NCBI GenBank assembly: GCA_051313645.2
Contig: JBNRSN020000027.1
Location: forward strand, 58,714,001 to 58,778,000
Reading direction: 5' to 3'
Length of the DNA stretch: 64,000 nt
Source of the DNA: Centroscyllium fabricii
Taxonomy: Eukaryota
This document shows positions 62,001 to 64,000 of the stretch, piece by piece. The notes under the pieces are model-generated. The model was not told the origin of the DNA and did not search any database. It saw nothing but the letters and a program-made list of their open reading frames with translations. The position numbers and the translations under genes are program-made. Each line of letters begins with the position of its first letter. Positions within the stretch are counted from its first letter, which is position 1.

Positions 62001-64000
62001 CATTCAAATAATAATCTGCCCTCCTGTTTTTGCCACCAAAGTGGATAACCTCACATTTATCCACATTATAGTGCATTTGCCATGTATCTGCCCAATCCCC
62101 CAAACTGTCCAAATCGCATTGGAGTTTCTCGACATCCTCCTCACAGCATACATAAGAACATAAGAAATAGGAGGAGTAGGCCAATCGGCCCTTCGAGCCT
62201 GCTCCGCCATTCAACAAGATCATGGCTGATCTGATCCTAACCTCAATTTTATTTTTACTCTCCACCCCGCCCAAACCCATATGATCACCTGGGAGAGGCG
62301 AAAAACCAGATTTTAAAAAACCAGTAGCCAATTTGGGAGAAAAAAAATCAGGAAAATTCCTCTCCGACCCATCTAGGCGATCGAAAACTGGTCCAGATCA
62401 CATGGCCGATCTGAACCTAGCCTCACATCCACTTACCTGCCCGCTCACCATAACCCCTAATTCCCTTTAATTCCAGGAAACTGTCTATCTCAGTTTTAAA
62501 TTTATTCAACGTAGTAGCTTCCACAGCTCTCTGGGGCAGCAAATTCCACAGCCCCACCACCCTCTGAGTAAAGAAGTTTCTCCTCATCTCAGTTTTGAAA
62601 TGGCAGCCCCTTATTTTAAGATTATGCCCCCTAGTCCTAGTCTCACCCACCATTGGGAACATCCTCACCGCATCCACCCGATCAAGCCCTCTCACAATCT
62701 TATATGTTTCAATAAGATCGCCTCTCATTCTTCTGAACTCCAATGAGTAGAGGCCCAATCTACTCAGCCTCTCGTCATATGTTAGCCCCCTCATCCCCGG
62801 AATTAACCTAGTGAACCTTCTCTGCACTGCCTCGAGAGCAAGTATGTCCTTTCTTAAATAGGGATACTAGAACTGCACGCAGTATTCCAGGTGTGGTCTC
62901 ACCAATACCCTGTACAACTGCAGCAAGACCTCCCTGCTTTTATACTCAATCCCCTTAGCAATAAAAGCCAACATTCCGTTGGCCTTCCTTACCCTCCCAC
63001 CCAGCTTTGTGTCGTCTGCAAATTTGGAGATATTACATCCAATTCCCTCATCCAGATCATTTATATATATTGTGAACAGCTGGGGTCCTAAGACCGATCC
63101 TTGTGGTACCCCACTAGTCACTTCCCCCCACTCGGAAAACGACCCGTTTATTCCAACTCTCTGTTTTCTATCTGCCAACCAGTTCTCTATCCAAGTCAAT
63201 ACCTTGCCCCCAATCCCATGAGCCTTAATTTTACACGCTAATCTCTTATAAGGGACCTTATTGAAAGCTTTCTGAAAGTCCAAATACACCATGTCTACTG
63301 GTTCTCCCCTATCTATTTTACAAGTTATATCCTCAAAAAATTCCAGTAGTCAAGCACGATTTACATTTTGGAAATCCATGTTGACTCTGTCCGATCCCGT
63401 CACTATTTTTCAAGTGTACTGCTATTATATCTTTAATAATGGACTCCAGCATTTTCCCCACTACCAATGTCAGGCTTACTGGTCTCTAATTCCCCGCTTT
63501 TTCTCTACCCCCTTTTTTGAATAGTGGGGTAACATTAGCTACTCTCCAATCCATGGGTACTGTTCCAGAGTCTATCGAGTTCTGGAAGATGATCAGCAAT
63601 GCATCTGCTATCTCCAGGGCCACTTCCTTAAGTACCCTAGGATGTAGATTATCAGTCCCTGGGGATTTGTCGGCCTTCAATCCCTTCAACTTCCCCAACA
63701 CCATATCCCTACAAATACTGATTTCTATCAGTTCCTCCCTCTCATTAGTCCTTATGTTTCCCGATATCTCTGGGAGGTTATTTGTGTCCTCCTTTGTGAA
63801 GACAGAACCAAAATATCTATTTAATTGGTCTGCCATTTCCTTTCATAATCTATTTTCCCCCTCTTAATTAATCCCCTTGTCCTCCTTTGCTGTATCCTAA
63901 ACTGCTCCCAATCCTCAGGTCTGTTGCTTTTTTTGGCCAATTTATATGCCCTCTCTTTTGGATTTTGTGTTATCTCTAATTTCCCTTGTTATCCACGGTT
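59045..64000 (-). mobile_element. Stack of nested CR1 LINE copies, mostly minus strand (59045-59388 plus)
   Basis: Several separate ORF2 C-termini and tails (59358-59927, 60724-61365, 61388-62150, 62423-62827) plus RT motifs out to 63836. Confidence 0.93.

Overview
Repeat-dense vertebrate genomic DNA. The repeat content (HE1-type V-SINEs, abundant CR1 LINEs, Penelope-like elements) points to a cartilaginous fish. The window appears to lie wholly inside a minus-strand MAP2K5 (MEK5) gene. Two short coding exons are visible, 10538-10607 and 4137-4177, together encoding YYTTVTEQQVNGEMIEPLQIYPR-ACKPPGKRNIHGLK; I found no other MAP2K5 exon. The rest is intron filled with nested CR1, L2, Rex1, Tx1, RTE-X-like and Penelope retroelements, SINEs, Tigger-like and PIF/Harbinger-like MITEs, a ~5.7 kb CGGGGC(GA)n satellite region and a 145-nt assembly gap. 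Best leads: (1) an RTE-X-like LINE inside the GA satellite whose 5' junction carries an exact inverted 33-nt copy of host intron sequence from ~630 bp away; (2) Tigger-like MITEs sharing ends but carrying different cargo, including retroelement pieces and a YY1/NRF1 motif array; (3) a LINE flanked by a 197-bp direct duplication; (4) a structured module in one CR1 subfamily's 3' UTR; (5) hammerhead ribozyme cores in Penelope termini. All family assignments come from recognising sequence by eye, not from database searches, and repeat boundaries are approximate unless a TSD or TIR fixes them.
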